Below, in pieces: positions 31,492 to 40,501 of a stretch of DNA of 64,000 nt. Under the pieces are notes generated by a model, which worked only from the letters and a program-made list of their open reading frames with translations, had not been told where the DNA came from and made no database searches. The stretch comes from Meyerozyma guilliermondii. Lineage: Eukaryota. The stretch's first letter is position 1. Every line of letters starts with the position of its first letter. The translations under genes and the position numbers were made by a program. The stretch covers positions 124,001 to 188,000 of the forward strand of contig CP128820.1 of the NCBI GenBank assembly GCA_051546255.1, read 5' to 3'.

Positions 31492-32256
31492 ATGTCAAAT
31501 CTCTTTATGGACCTTCGTCTCACCCACGAGCAGCCCACGCCCGAAAACACCCTCCCGGTGCTGGAGTATAGGGCATTTTCTCCCGAGCGGTTCTCTGTGG
31601 AGGATGAGGACAAACATGTGGTTTACAGTGGAGGATCCGGCTATTTAGTGACGGTTATGAAAAACGACCCCACCACCACCATCTCTATAAATCCAGCAAT
31701 CGTGCCTATTTTTCAGGAACAAGTAGACCTATACGTTCTTAATAGCTGTTTGCTTTTGTGGTCCGCCACCCACAAGTTTGGAGTGGAAGTTCCTTATCAA
31801 AAAATTGTTCTTCATGCTTTGCAACACCAACAAGACCAAGATGTACTATACCTCCAATTGCGACCAGGAGAACAATTGAACGCCAAAACCGAGTCAGACT
31901 ATGAACCGTACATTGAAATAACCATAAAATCCCTGGAACCCCATCTGGGCTTGGCTATTTGTCCTCCAGGAACAGATACCATACCTGCGATATACGACGG
32001 TATGGCTCAATGTTCTGCTTTACATGCCGACGAGGACGAGTCTACAGAGGAAGATAATGGTAACGAGCTAGCCACTGATATCATTCTCAACCAGCTGGTG
32101 CTGTCTAGTGCAGATGACTTGGACATTGACTTGGAAGCAGATTCGGCCGAACATCCTGTGGTGGCCGGCATGAGTGTGGATGTAGGATATGCTTCGATTG
32201 CTGGCAGACGAAAAAGAGACGACCAAGATAACCACCCAGCGAAGCGTCGACTGTAA
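31492..32256 (+). CDS. LOT5: Lot5 / ICln (Voldacs)-family protein
   Basis: HEQPTPEN, EVPYQKIVLHAL, IYDGMAQCSALH, acidic tail plus basic NLS; near SPE1 as in S. cerevisiae. Confidence 0.8.
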   Translation: MSNLFMDLRLTHEQPTPENTLPVLEYRAFSPERFSVEDEDKHVVYSGGSGYLVTVMKNDPTTTISINPAIVPIFQEQVDLYVLNSCLLLWSATHKFGVEVPYQKIVLHALQHQQDQDVLYLQLRPGEQLNAKTESDYEPYIEITIKSLEPHLGLAICPPGTDTIPAIYDGMAQCSALHADEDESTEEDNGNELATDIILNQLVLSSADDLDIDLEADSAEHPVVAGMSVDVGYASIAGRRKRDDQDNHPAKRRL

Positions 32257-32353
32257 CTAAATAAACTATAATATATCAAATATCTTTGTGCTGCACATGT
32301 CTCACTCACCGTTATTTCGCACCCGATTCAAGTCTTCGGTTTCCTCCTCAAGG

Positions 32354-35194
32354 ATGGCTTCGAAGGAAGCTTTAAAAGTCAGAGAGCGGCTTTCCCAACT
32401 CACCCAGGGTCGTATAATATCCGTAGACGACCACCAATTCTGGGACCCAATATGGACCACGAAGCTCTCTTCCTCCGAGTTATTCGAACTCATCTCGCCT
32501 CACGAGCTCGATGTGATCAGGACTCAAAACCATACCAATTACAACACCCTAGTGACCAAAGTTGCCAAGCAAATCGTCCGCTTTGGTGAAAATGGCAACA
32601 AAACCACCCTAATAGCCTGTGTTCGCATATTAACCAAAATCATACCTCCTCTTTATCACAAACAAGGGTATGGAGAAAATGTCGAATCACAAATATTCTT
32701 CGAAACCGAAGCAAAAAACCTCCAAAACACCCTTGGATACAACCTTATAACCTCATTAGTGGACTACCTTTTCCTTCCTGGTTTCACCCTCGAAAATAAT
32801 GCTTCGGAACTAGACCTTTGGGAACCGGGCATTTGTCGATCCTTCAAATATACCACACCAAATTTGGTTTTCGAAGCCAATCGATACGAAATCTTGAAGC
32901 TCATACTTACGTTGAGCTCCACCACATTTTACGGAGACCCCAAGCTGATGGTTCTGAGAGGTTCCAGATTCCTTACAGTTCTAGTAACGAGTGTTCAGCG
33001 GCCTAAATTGATCACTTTAAGCGCTTCGCTTCTCAATGTCTTCTTACGATGGACGAAACGGAACTCCGACGAGAGCATAGTTCTCTACGACAACCCTCTG
33101 CTCACAGAACTACATTATCTTTACATCACCACCGCAGCCAATTTGCTAACGGCTATGCTCGTATACCCTCTTCCGAGCAGAACTTATCTCGAATTTTTGG
33201 GTTTGCCAGAAGAAAAAAAACCTTTAAACACTTGCAGAGCGTTCTTCTCCAAATACAGCAATGAGCAGGGCATATCGTTCATGGCTTCGAATTTGATAGC
33301 CTACCTTCGCAGCAATATGCTGCCGAGAGATCAAGCCGGAAGAGTGGCTTCGCAACCTCAACTTTCAACTTGGACCAATCAAGCACTGGTGTTGTTATGG
33401 GAACTAACTCAATGTAACCAACACTTCCGACGCTATTTGATAGAGAAAGAGATAAAGGACCTTTTCATGATCTTGTTCTATAACGTCTTTGCATTATCCA
33501 ACCATGGTAGTGAGAAAGCTCTGGTCCAAATATCTGCATACTTTCTCCTATACATGTCTTCAAAAAAGGAGTTCTTGGTGCCATTGATGGAGCCTATAGA
33601 TGCTTCATTCTATGAAAGTCTACCAGCCAGCTATAAACTTGCCATGAAGCCTCTGACTACACGGGATTTTCTTGTGCTGCAAATTTGCAACAAGTTGCTT
33701 TCAAACTCATTATACGTCACCAAATCAAAGTCGTTGATCACCTGCCTCGTCGAGATCCTATATAACCTTACCACTGTCATAGGAAAGCCAGGAACGTGGG
33801 AAACAGACGATCCTAACAAAAGACTTTCAAATTATAATTCGTATGGGGGCTTGTCATATGGGTCCTCATTGCTGCTTTGCCAAGTGGTGACAAAGTTTTC
33901 TGAAAAGTCGTTTTTAGTTCAGGACTCTGTACACGCTGATTTACTCGCTATAGTATTGCGTGCCATTTGTACTGCAGCGTTAAAGTATCCTGTTCCATCT
34001 AGGATGCTAATACTTTCCATCCTAAAGAACGAAAAGTTGTATGATCATGTCTGGAACATGATACAAACCATAGAGAAGTATGAGCATGAGACCACAGATA
34101 AAGAGGTAGACTACTTTAACGAGAGCGAAACAGAAAATCTGCCTTTACAAACTCCGGGAGATACCTTCAATTCTAGCCTATTCATCGCCAACACCAACGA
34201 AGGTGCCATGCTTGACACTGAGTCAGGTCCAGGTCCATTGAATAAATCTCGAACTAGTCCAGGTGGATTTGATGAGGAATCAATTTTGGACGCACTTCGT
34301 CCTCAGCCTCTTACGGGAATGTCCAAAAGGGCTCGTGAGAAGCAGCCAATGGCACGGCCATTGCATCGCACCTGGGCAGGTAATGATCCTTTGCATATAA
34401 TTTTGACGGTTCTTATACCGTATCTCAAGCTTGAATTGGCAGATTTATGGGAAAAGCAAGGAGAAGATAGAAAGCTCAACTTGAACAGCTTCACCGTCAT
34501 GAAACGATTAGAAAAAGTGAACTATGAAACCATGTTGTCTGCCACCAACATTTCCTCCGATTATCTTCCTCACACTTCTTTACCTATGCTCGTCTTCGGC
34601 TGGAACAAAATCTCCTTAGCATGGTACATCTCCTTGATTCAAAGCGAGTGTTATAATAGCGAAGAGTACGTTCGAAATTACTTGGGAAAATTCAGCAAAC
34701 TTACCAAGAGCATAGCATTGTCATTAACAAGTATAGGGAGATTTGCTAGTGGTTTATCTGGTTTTTCAAAACCAGTATTACAGCCCAGTGATTCAGAAGC
34801 GGTAAACTTTCATGTCACCGATGCCTTAACCACTACCAACCAATGGGCACGCACAGATATCTCTTCCTTTCAAGTTGAACAACCACAGGCTACTGGGCTC
34901 TTTGGAGCCATAGCTGCTAAGGTCGGTTTTGCATCGTCGCCCCAGGCTATCCCAGGCTCTCCTGGAACCAACGATATGTCCCATACGCTCGTTCGAAGAA
35001 TCAGCGACTTGAGATTGAGTAACAGTAGTCGAACAAGTATATCTTCAATTGCGTCTGGATTGAGTACACCTCAAGAAGAGCAGGATCCGGTCTTTCCAAG
35101 ATCACAGTCCAGAAATTCAGTGTCGTCGTTGCATTCTTTAAATACTCTTAATCGTTCGCGGTCGAACACACCGAGAAACTCCATTAGCTTATAA
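32354..35194 (+). CDS. ECM30: HID1/Dymeclin-family protein Ecm30
   Basis: LWEPGI, NRYEILKLILTL, LVLLWEL, WARTDISSF blocks; convergent with TSR2 as YLR436C/435W. Start 32354 or 32297. Confidence 0.8.
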   Translation: MASKEALKVRERLSQLTQGRIISVDDHQFWDPIWTTKLSSSELFELISPHELDVIRTQNHTNYNTLVTKVAKQIVRFGENGNKTTLIACVRILTKIIPPLYHKQGYGENVESQIFFETEAKNLQNTLGYNLITSLVDYLFLPGFTLENNASELDLWEPGICRSFKYTTPNLVFEANRYEILKLILTLSSTTFYGDPKLMVLRGSRFLTVLVTSVQRPKLITLSASLLNVFLRWTKRNSDESIVLYDNPLLTELHYLYITTAANLLTAMLVYPLPSRTYLEFLGLPEEKKPLNTCRAFFSKYSNEQGISFMASNLIAYLRSNMLPRDQAGRVASQPQLSTWTNQALVLLWELTQCNQHFRRYLIEKEIKDLFMILFYNVFALSNHGSEKALVQISAYFLLYMSSKKEFLVPLMEPIDASFYESLPASYKLAMKPLTTRDFLVLQICNKLLSNSLYVTKSKSLITCLVEILYNLTTVIGKPGTWETDDPNKRLSNYNSYGGLSYGSSLLLCQVVTKFSEKSFLVQDSVHADLLAIVLRAICTAALKYPVPSRMLILSILKNEKLYDHVWNMIQTIEKYEHETTDKEVDYFNESETENLPLQTPGDTFNSSLFIANTNEGAMLDTESGPGPLNKSRTSPGGFDEESILDALRPQPLTGMSKRAREKQPMARPLHRTWAGNDPLHIILTVLIPYLKLELADLWEKQGEDRKLNLNSFTVMKRLEKVNYETMLSATNISSDYLPHTSLPMLVFGWNKISLAWYISLIQSECYNSEEYVRNYLGKFSKLTKSIALSLTSIGRFASGLSGFSKPVLQPSDSEAVNFHVTDALTTTNQWARTDISSFQVEQPQATGLFGAIAAKVGFASSPQAIPGSPGTNDMSHTLVRRISDLRLSNSSRTSISSIASGLSTPQEEQDPVFPRSQSRNSVSSLHSLNTLNRSRSNTPRNSISL

Positions 35195-35213
35195 TATATT
35201 ATGCATTTAGTCT

Positions 35214-35819
35214 TTACCTGTGTCTTCTTCCCTTTTGTACCATTTGAAACCCGTCGTCATCTATAATGGGTCCATTATCTTCCTCCATATCCATATCGTT
35301 TTCTTCCACCAATTGAGGTGCTTCTTCATCTTCATCATCGCTTTCGTCAGAAGCATCAGGATTATTTGGATCGGCGCTAACCACAACTTTGTTTTGCTGC
35401 TGTTTCAAAGATTGCTTGTGGGTCCACTTTTGGTACAATTCATCAACCAAGGCGTAATCTCTCTGAGCCACCAATCTATATATCCTCATAATCAAATCAG
35501 CAATGATGAGTGCCGAGTCGTTGTCAACCTCGGTATCAAACTCGTCGACCATTGCATAGAGCAAAGTCTCCTCAATCAACCCGACGTCAACAAGCTTCTC
35601 TTCAAAAAGCTCAATGACAATTCCCGAGATCCAGTCTCGCTTTTCTGCCGAATTGGCTCCTCCCCACGAATTTTCCACCGCCGTATTGAGCTCATCCCAT
35701 TTGTATACCGCCATGCATACGCCGAGCTCAAATTTTGCCTGCTGCTTCTCGTCGCCAAATCTCAACGTCTTTGAGCCATTTTCGGCCTCGACGTAGTCTG
35801 CAGCGTCTATATTGGACAT
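35214..35819 (-). CDS. TSR2: Pre-rRNA processing factor / eS26 escortin Tsr2
   Basis: WGG domain (AVENSWGG..EKRDW), acidic tail DDDGFQMV; PAC motif GAGATGAG at 35853. Confidence 0.92.
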   Translation of the reverse strand: MSNIDAADYVEAENGSKTLRFGDEKQQAKFELGVCMAVYKWDELNTAVENSWGGANSAEKRDWISGIVIELFEEKLVDVGLIEETLLYAMVDEFDTEVDNDSALIIADLIMRIYRLVAQRDYALVDELYQKWTHKQSLKQQQNKVVVSADPNNPDASDESDDEDEEAPQLVEENDMDMEEDNGPIIDDDGFQMVQKGRRHR

Positions 35820-35916
35820 ACCTCTCGTTGGTGAAATACTCCACGATTCGAAGAGATGAGGTCGTGTGCAGGCAGCATAAAGTGGTTGCACGAGTGCGGC
35901 TCACAAATGGGTGCAA

Positions 35917-38226
35917 CTACTTGATAGCCAGGATTTCCAGATCCCTATCCAAGGCAGTTTTCACCTCGTCTTCAGATACATTCAAACTTATCATTCGATG
36001 TCTTTCACTTTGAGTGCTTTGCTCGGTCAAAACACCACATTCGGTAAGTTCTGAGATGATATATGAGAAGTGAGAAATTCGAAGATTGGTCGGTTTTCGA
36101 AAACCCTCATTTGGTTCTGTTGTTTCCGCACCGTAAAAGAAGTCAACAAGGCCCCCATTATCTGATATAATTGGGTCAAACTTGTGTTTTCCTGTCAGCA
36201 TCACCAATAAATTGCGCATTTCGTCAATTACGTCACCAAGAGAAACCTCTCCAGCTCCGCTTCTCTGCATCCTCATAATTACAGCCCGAAGAACAAGCTT
36301 GGCTGCAAACAGTAGACTCGATAAAAATTGAGCCACTGGAGAGTTAATGGTTTCATTGATTGCCCGCGAAATGTGATCAATTTGTACCCTGTATGTCTGT
36401 TCGGCAACCTCAAGTTCGTTTAACTCAGTCGCCGGAGCATTTTTCAAATACTCCTCCTCTGCTATCTCCACAGCTCTTCTGCAAATCGCAAGCGCCCGTC
36501 TTGCATCTCCACTAACACTTGCAACTTTTCTAGAAGCGTAGCCTACCGCATCACTATCAACCACTACCTTTCGTTTGTTCTGCTTGGTTAGCAGATCAAG
36601 TCGATGTCTGATGATCGTACCCAATTGGTCAAACGTGTATCCCACGAATTGTATGCGACGGAGTCCAAGCCGTGACGAAATTTTGTTTGACAAAAGACGC
36701 TCCGGTAAATCCATAGTGTTCGCAACGGCTATCACAATAAGATGAGAATGCTGGTAAGTGGGCCAGTTGAAAAAATTATACATCACGTTCTGCTTTTTCG
36801 TTGCTAGCTGGTCGAGTTCGTCCATCAACACAACCAAAGGTTTCCTTTCGTTGGGCTCTGAAAAGTAATTTTCAAGAAGAAGAGCAGAATTGGTCGCACT
36901 AACCTTATAACCACTCACAAACTCCCATAGTTGCTCATATGCCGCATTTGGATTGAGAAGCTTCAACCCATTAATTTCAATATAATCAAAGTCACTCAAT
37001 TCGTTCATGGTGACCAATTCTCTGAGCTGTGAAATCACTTCTCTGATAGTGGCAGTTTTACCGACTCCAGGCGTACCACTGATATACACACAGCACCCTG
37101 ATCTCTCTTGAATTGCAGACTCTAAATTCAAGTAGATCGATGCAAATTCTTCCTCACGACATGGCATTGACGCTAGTTTAGCCGATGTGTGCAATTTTTC
37201 TTTGACATCTTGAAATGCTTTAGTGGACGTATCGAAAAGTTGGGGAGTGTTTTGAACCTTCTTCGATGGAGACAATGCTTGCATATTGGGAGCATTATCT
37301 TTCTTGAGCTTAAGTCGTTTTTTCAACGGCAGAAGAACAGAGTTCATATACTCTCTCGATTTATCTCGTTGTTTCTTGGGAGTTGAATCCTTGGGTTTTC
37401 TGCCTCGTTTTCGTGCATTTTTAGATGGTTGTGTGGGGGACTGTTCATCATCAATTGTTTCTTGTTCAGCCTCAGAACTCTCTGACTCAAAGCCTTCGCT
37501 CGCGGCACTATCATCATCTGATACGTCTGAAGGGATTCCAGCAATGGGGGAGGTGGGTTCTACTGCTGATTTTTTTGGTGATGACTTTGGCTTTTTAGGC
37601 AGAGACTGCTTAGAAGGACTAGAATTGGGGGTGCCTTTATACGCTGCCTTCACGGTATATCGCTTCAATTCCTCATTGAAATGTGCCTTGTCTGTCTGGA
37701 ACAATTTATAAAATTCCCTAAAGTCCAATTCGTCTGAAAAGTGGTTGCCTGAAATATCGCAGCCTTTGCGACAGAAGAAAGTGTTGAACGAATTTGAGTC
37801 GTCAACAACTATTTCGCTTTTGAATTCAGCATATGAAAGGACACTGGCTTTCTCCACAATATCACACAATTTGATGCTTTCCACATATGCGGTAATATAT
37901 ACCTCGTTTTTAGTAATTGAATCTTCCAGCTTCAATGTGTCAATTTCCAGCGCTTTTATGAATCTGTACGCAGCAACGTCCAAGTATCTTAGAACGCCAT
38001 GCTCTATTTCCTTTATCAAGTACAATATGGTGCCATTGTTTCCCTGTACAAGAACAACATCACCAGCTTTGATTGTGATTTCGTCGCCAATACGAGAGAG
38101 TGAAATTTGCAGACTTGCGCCACGAGTCCTTCTAGTTCTTCGAGTAGGAGTTGCGGGAGCTGAGTCACCGCCTGTCTCCTCAAAATGCAATTCCCAGCCT
38201 TTAAAATCTTTTAGAGATTGTGCCAT
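35917..38226 (-). CDS. ORC1: Origin recognition complex subunit 1 (BAH + AAA+)
   Basis: MAQSLKDFKGW start, BAH domain, YISGTPGVGKT, LMDELD, SGDARRAL; ORC1-TEM1-RPS1 synteny. Confidence 0.95.
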   Translation of the reverse strand: MAQSLKDFKGWELHFEETGGDSAPATPTRRTRRTRGASLQISLSRIGDEITIKAGDVVLVQGNNGTILYLIKEIEHGVLRYLDVAAYRFIKALEIDTLKLEDSITKNEVYITAYVESIKLCDIVEKASVLSYAEFKSEIVVDDSNSFNTFFCRKGCDISGNHFSDELDFREFYKLFQTDKAHFNEELKRYTVKAAYKGTPNSSPSKQSLPKKPKSSPKKSAVEPTSPIAGIPSDVSDDDSAASEGFESESSEAEQETIDDEQSPTQPSKNARKRGRKPKDSTPKKQRDKSREYMNSVLLPLKKRLKLKKDNAPNMQALSPSKKVQNTPQLFDTSTKAFQDVKEKLHTSAKLASMPCREEEFASIYLNLESAIQERSGCCVYISGTPGVGKTATIREVISQLRELVTMNELSDFDYIEINGLKLLNPNAAYEQLWEFVSGYKVSATNSALLLENYFSEPNERKPLVVLMDELDQLATKKQNVMYNFFNWPTYQHSHLIVIAVANTMDLPERLLSNKISSRLGLRRIQFVGYTFDQLGTIIRHRLDLLTKQNKRKVVVDSDAVGYASRKVASVSGDARRALAICRRAVEIAEEEYLKNAPATELNELEVAEQTYRVQIDHISRAINETINSPVAQFLSSLLFAAKLVLRAVIMRMQRSGAGEVSLGDVIDEMRNLLVMLTGKHKFDPIISDNGGLVDFFYGAETTEPNEGFRKPTNLRISHFSYIISELTECGVLTEQSTQSERHRMISLNVSEDEVKTALDRDLEILAIK

Positions 38227-38423
38227 AGCATAGGCGGAGAGTAGGTAAAGTGTGAAATCGATACGCGGTGTGCAGTCCGCGATGAAGCGGCTAAGGTGAG
38301 GCAAGGAAGTGACTAAGAAGTGAAGCGGCTAGAAGTGAAAGGGAGTAAAAGAGTAGTGTAAAACTAAGATGATCCTTCAAAAGAAACCAGAATGGTTTGT
38401 GACTCGTTTAATCGTAATATGCT

Positions 38424-39100
38424 CTACTTGTAAAGGAGAATGGGCTCTCCGATGTTGACGATCTCTTCCAAGTTCAACTTGAGATCAAATGCTTTCGACA
38501 ATACTATCTTGAAGATCTTCTGAACGTTTATCAGGTGGCTGGTCGAGCAAAAGATCACTGGTGCTCTCATGGCGCTACCAAACTTCTTGGCCTGCTGAGT
38601 GATCTCCACTTGATCTTGTTGAGACTGGTCTATGAACTGGTCGTATTTGGTGCCCACAAGGAATGGAATGGCGGTCTTGTTGAAACCTCGCACCTGGCGA
38701 TACCATTCCTTGATCGAGTTCAAGGTGGATTTTCGAGTTAAATCGAACATAAATAGAATAGCCACGGCATCATTCGACACCAATGGTAGCATATTGATGA
38801 ATTCTTTTTGACCTCCCAAATCCCATATGGAAAACGTGATGGTGGTATTGCGGATTTGTATCTTCTTGTCCATGAAATTGACTCCCAAAGTCTGAATATA
38901 ATCTTCGTCAAACGCGCCTTCCACGTATTTAACCATCAACGATGTTTTGCCGATTTGCGAATCGCCTATAAGACCGATTTTGAGGGCCACCCTGGAGTTA
39001 GTATTGTGTTCATGAGTCTAATTTTCGTGGAAAATTGAGTTGGTTCACCCAAAAAAAATGCAAAAATCACCTACTGGTTACGTTCTTCCTCGTCTTCCAT
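38424..39100 (-). CDS. TEM1: Mitotic exit network GTPase Tem1/Spg1; complement(join(38424..38991,39075..39100))
   Basis: GDSQIGKTSLMVKYV, TLGVNF, WDLGGQ, VGTKYD; spliced N-terminus MEDEEERNQVALKIGLIGD. Confidence 0.95.
38992..39074 (-). other. Spliceosomal intron of TEM1 (83 nt, GTAGGT donor)
   Basis: Minus strand AACCA|GTAGGT ... TACTAAC TCCAG|GGTG; gives RNQV as in S. cerevisiae Tem1. Confidence 0.88.
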
Positions 39101-39299
39101 GTTTACCTGAACCTGCAGATTGTGACAAGTTGGTAAGTTCTCAAATTCCTGCACAAACACAACCAGGGCTTCGCAGCGACCACCAACCACCGGTCTAGGG
39201 CTCCGCGCCCTCGCCCGTCACACTCCTGCATCGCCATGCGTGCAGTCGCGGCCGTGAAAAAAATTGAAAAAGCTTTCCACCGCACTCACTCTATACATA

Positions 39300-40070
39300 A
39301 TGGCTGTTGGTAAAAACAAGAGATTGTCCAAGGGAAAGAAGGGATTGAAGAAGAGAGTCGTAGACCCTTTCACCAGAAAGGAATGGTTCGACATCAAGGC
39401 CCCAACCACCTTTGAAAACAGAGCCGTTGGTAAGACTTTGATCAACAAGTCCACCGGTTTGAAGAACGCTGCTGATGGATTGAAGGGTCGTGTCATCGAG
39501 GTCAACTTGGCCGACTTGCAAGGCTCTGAGGATCACGCATACAGAAAGGTCAAGTTGAGAGTGGATGAGGTTCAAGGTAAGAACTTGTTGACCAACTTCC
39601 ATGGTATCGACTTCACCTCTGACAAGTTGAGATCATTGGTGAGAAAGTGGCAATCATTGGTTGAGGCCAACGTCACCGTCAAGACCGCTGATGACTACTA
39701 CTTGAGAGTTTTCGCCATTGCTTTCACCAAGAGACAACCCAACCAAGTCAAGAAGACTACTTACGCTCAGTCTTCCAAGTTGAGAGAAATCAGAAAGAAG
39801 ATGATGGAAATCATGCAAAGAGAGGTTTCCAACTCCACCTTGGCTCAGTTGACCCAAAAGTTGATCCCAGAGGTGATTGGTCGTGAGATTGAAAAATCTA
39901 CCCAAACTATTTTCCCATTGCAAAACGTTCACATCAGAAAGGTCAAGTTGTTGAAGCAACCAAAGTTCGACTTGGGTAACTTGATGTCCTTGCACGGAGA
40001 AGGTGCCTCCGAGGAAAAGGGTAAGAAGGTTTCTTCTGGTTTCAAGGATGTTGTCTTGGAGTCTGTTTAA
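39300..40070 (+). CDS. RPS1: 40S ribosomal protein eS1 (S3a)
   Basis: [15 protein letters not shown], strong codon bias; TAGGGCT (39196) and TGAAAAAAATT (39255) upstream. Confidence 0.98.
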   Translation: MAVGKNKRLSKGKKGLKKRVVDPFTRKEWFDIKAPTTFENRAVGKTLINKSTGLKNAADGLKGRVIEVNLADLQGSEDHAYRKVKLRVDEVQGKNLLTNFHGIDFTSDKLRSLVRKWQSLVEANVTVKTADDYYLRVFAIAFTKRQPNQVKKTTYAQSSKLREIRKKMMEIMQREVSNSTLAQLTQKLIPEVIGREIEKSTQTIFPLQNVHIRKVKLLKQPKFDLGNLMSLHGEGASEEKGKKVSSGFKDVVLESV

Positions 40071-40501
40071 ATGCACGGTAGTAATACATAAGATGAAAAT
40101 AATCTGTAGTGAAGCAAAATGATGTGGAGATGCGTAGCGTTGAGTATATGGTGGTGAATTGGTAATGGCGGTTGACATCTTAGGTTATGCAATCTTCTAT
40201 TTTTTTACGGCTGAGCCATTATGTAATATTTCCACATTTGTTAGATAATGAAGATGATGAGCTTTTGAGCAGAACATTATACGTTTATAATTCATTCTTA
40301 CCAATTGGAATCGTTTCCTTCTCAATACTGTTCATCCTGTCTGCCACGGAACTAGCACATCAAAAATCACAAATTTCCATATCTTCTTTCCTCTTCTCGG
40401 TGTCTTGCTTCTATTGTTCCCCTGCAGGCACATAACCGCGAACTTGAAATTTGAACCTTGCTTCAGGATCTAATCTCGAGGAATTCTTAAATCCATCTAC
40501 C

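Noticed and set aside
32240..32256. Lot5 C-terminal RRL as a peroxisomal signal
   Set aside because: The last codon is CTG (Ser), giving KRRS; the region looks like a bipartite NLS.
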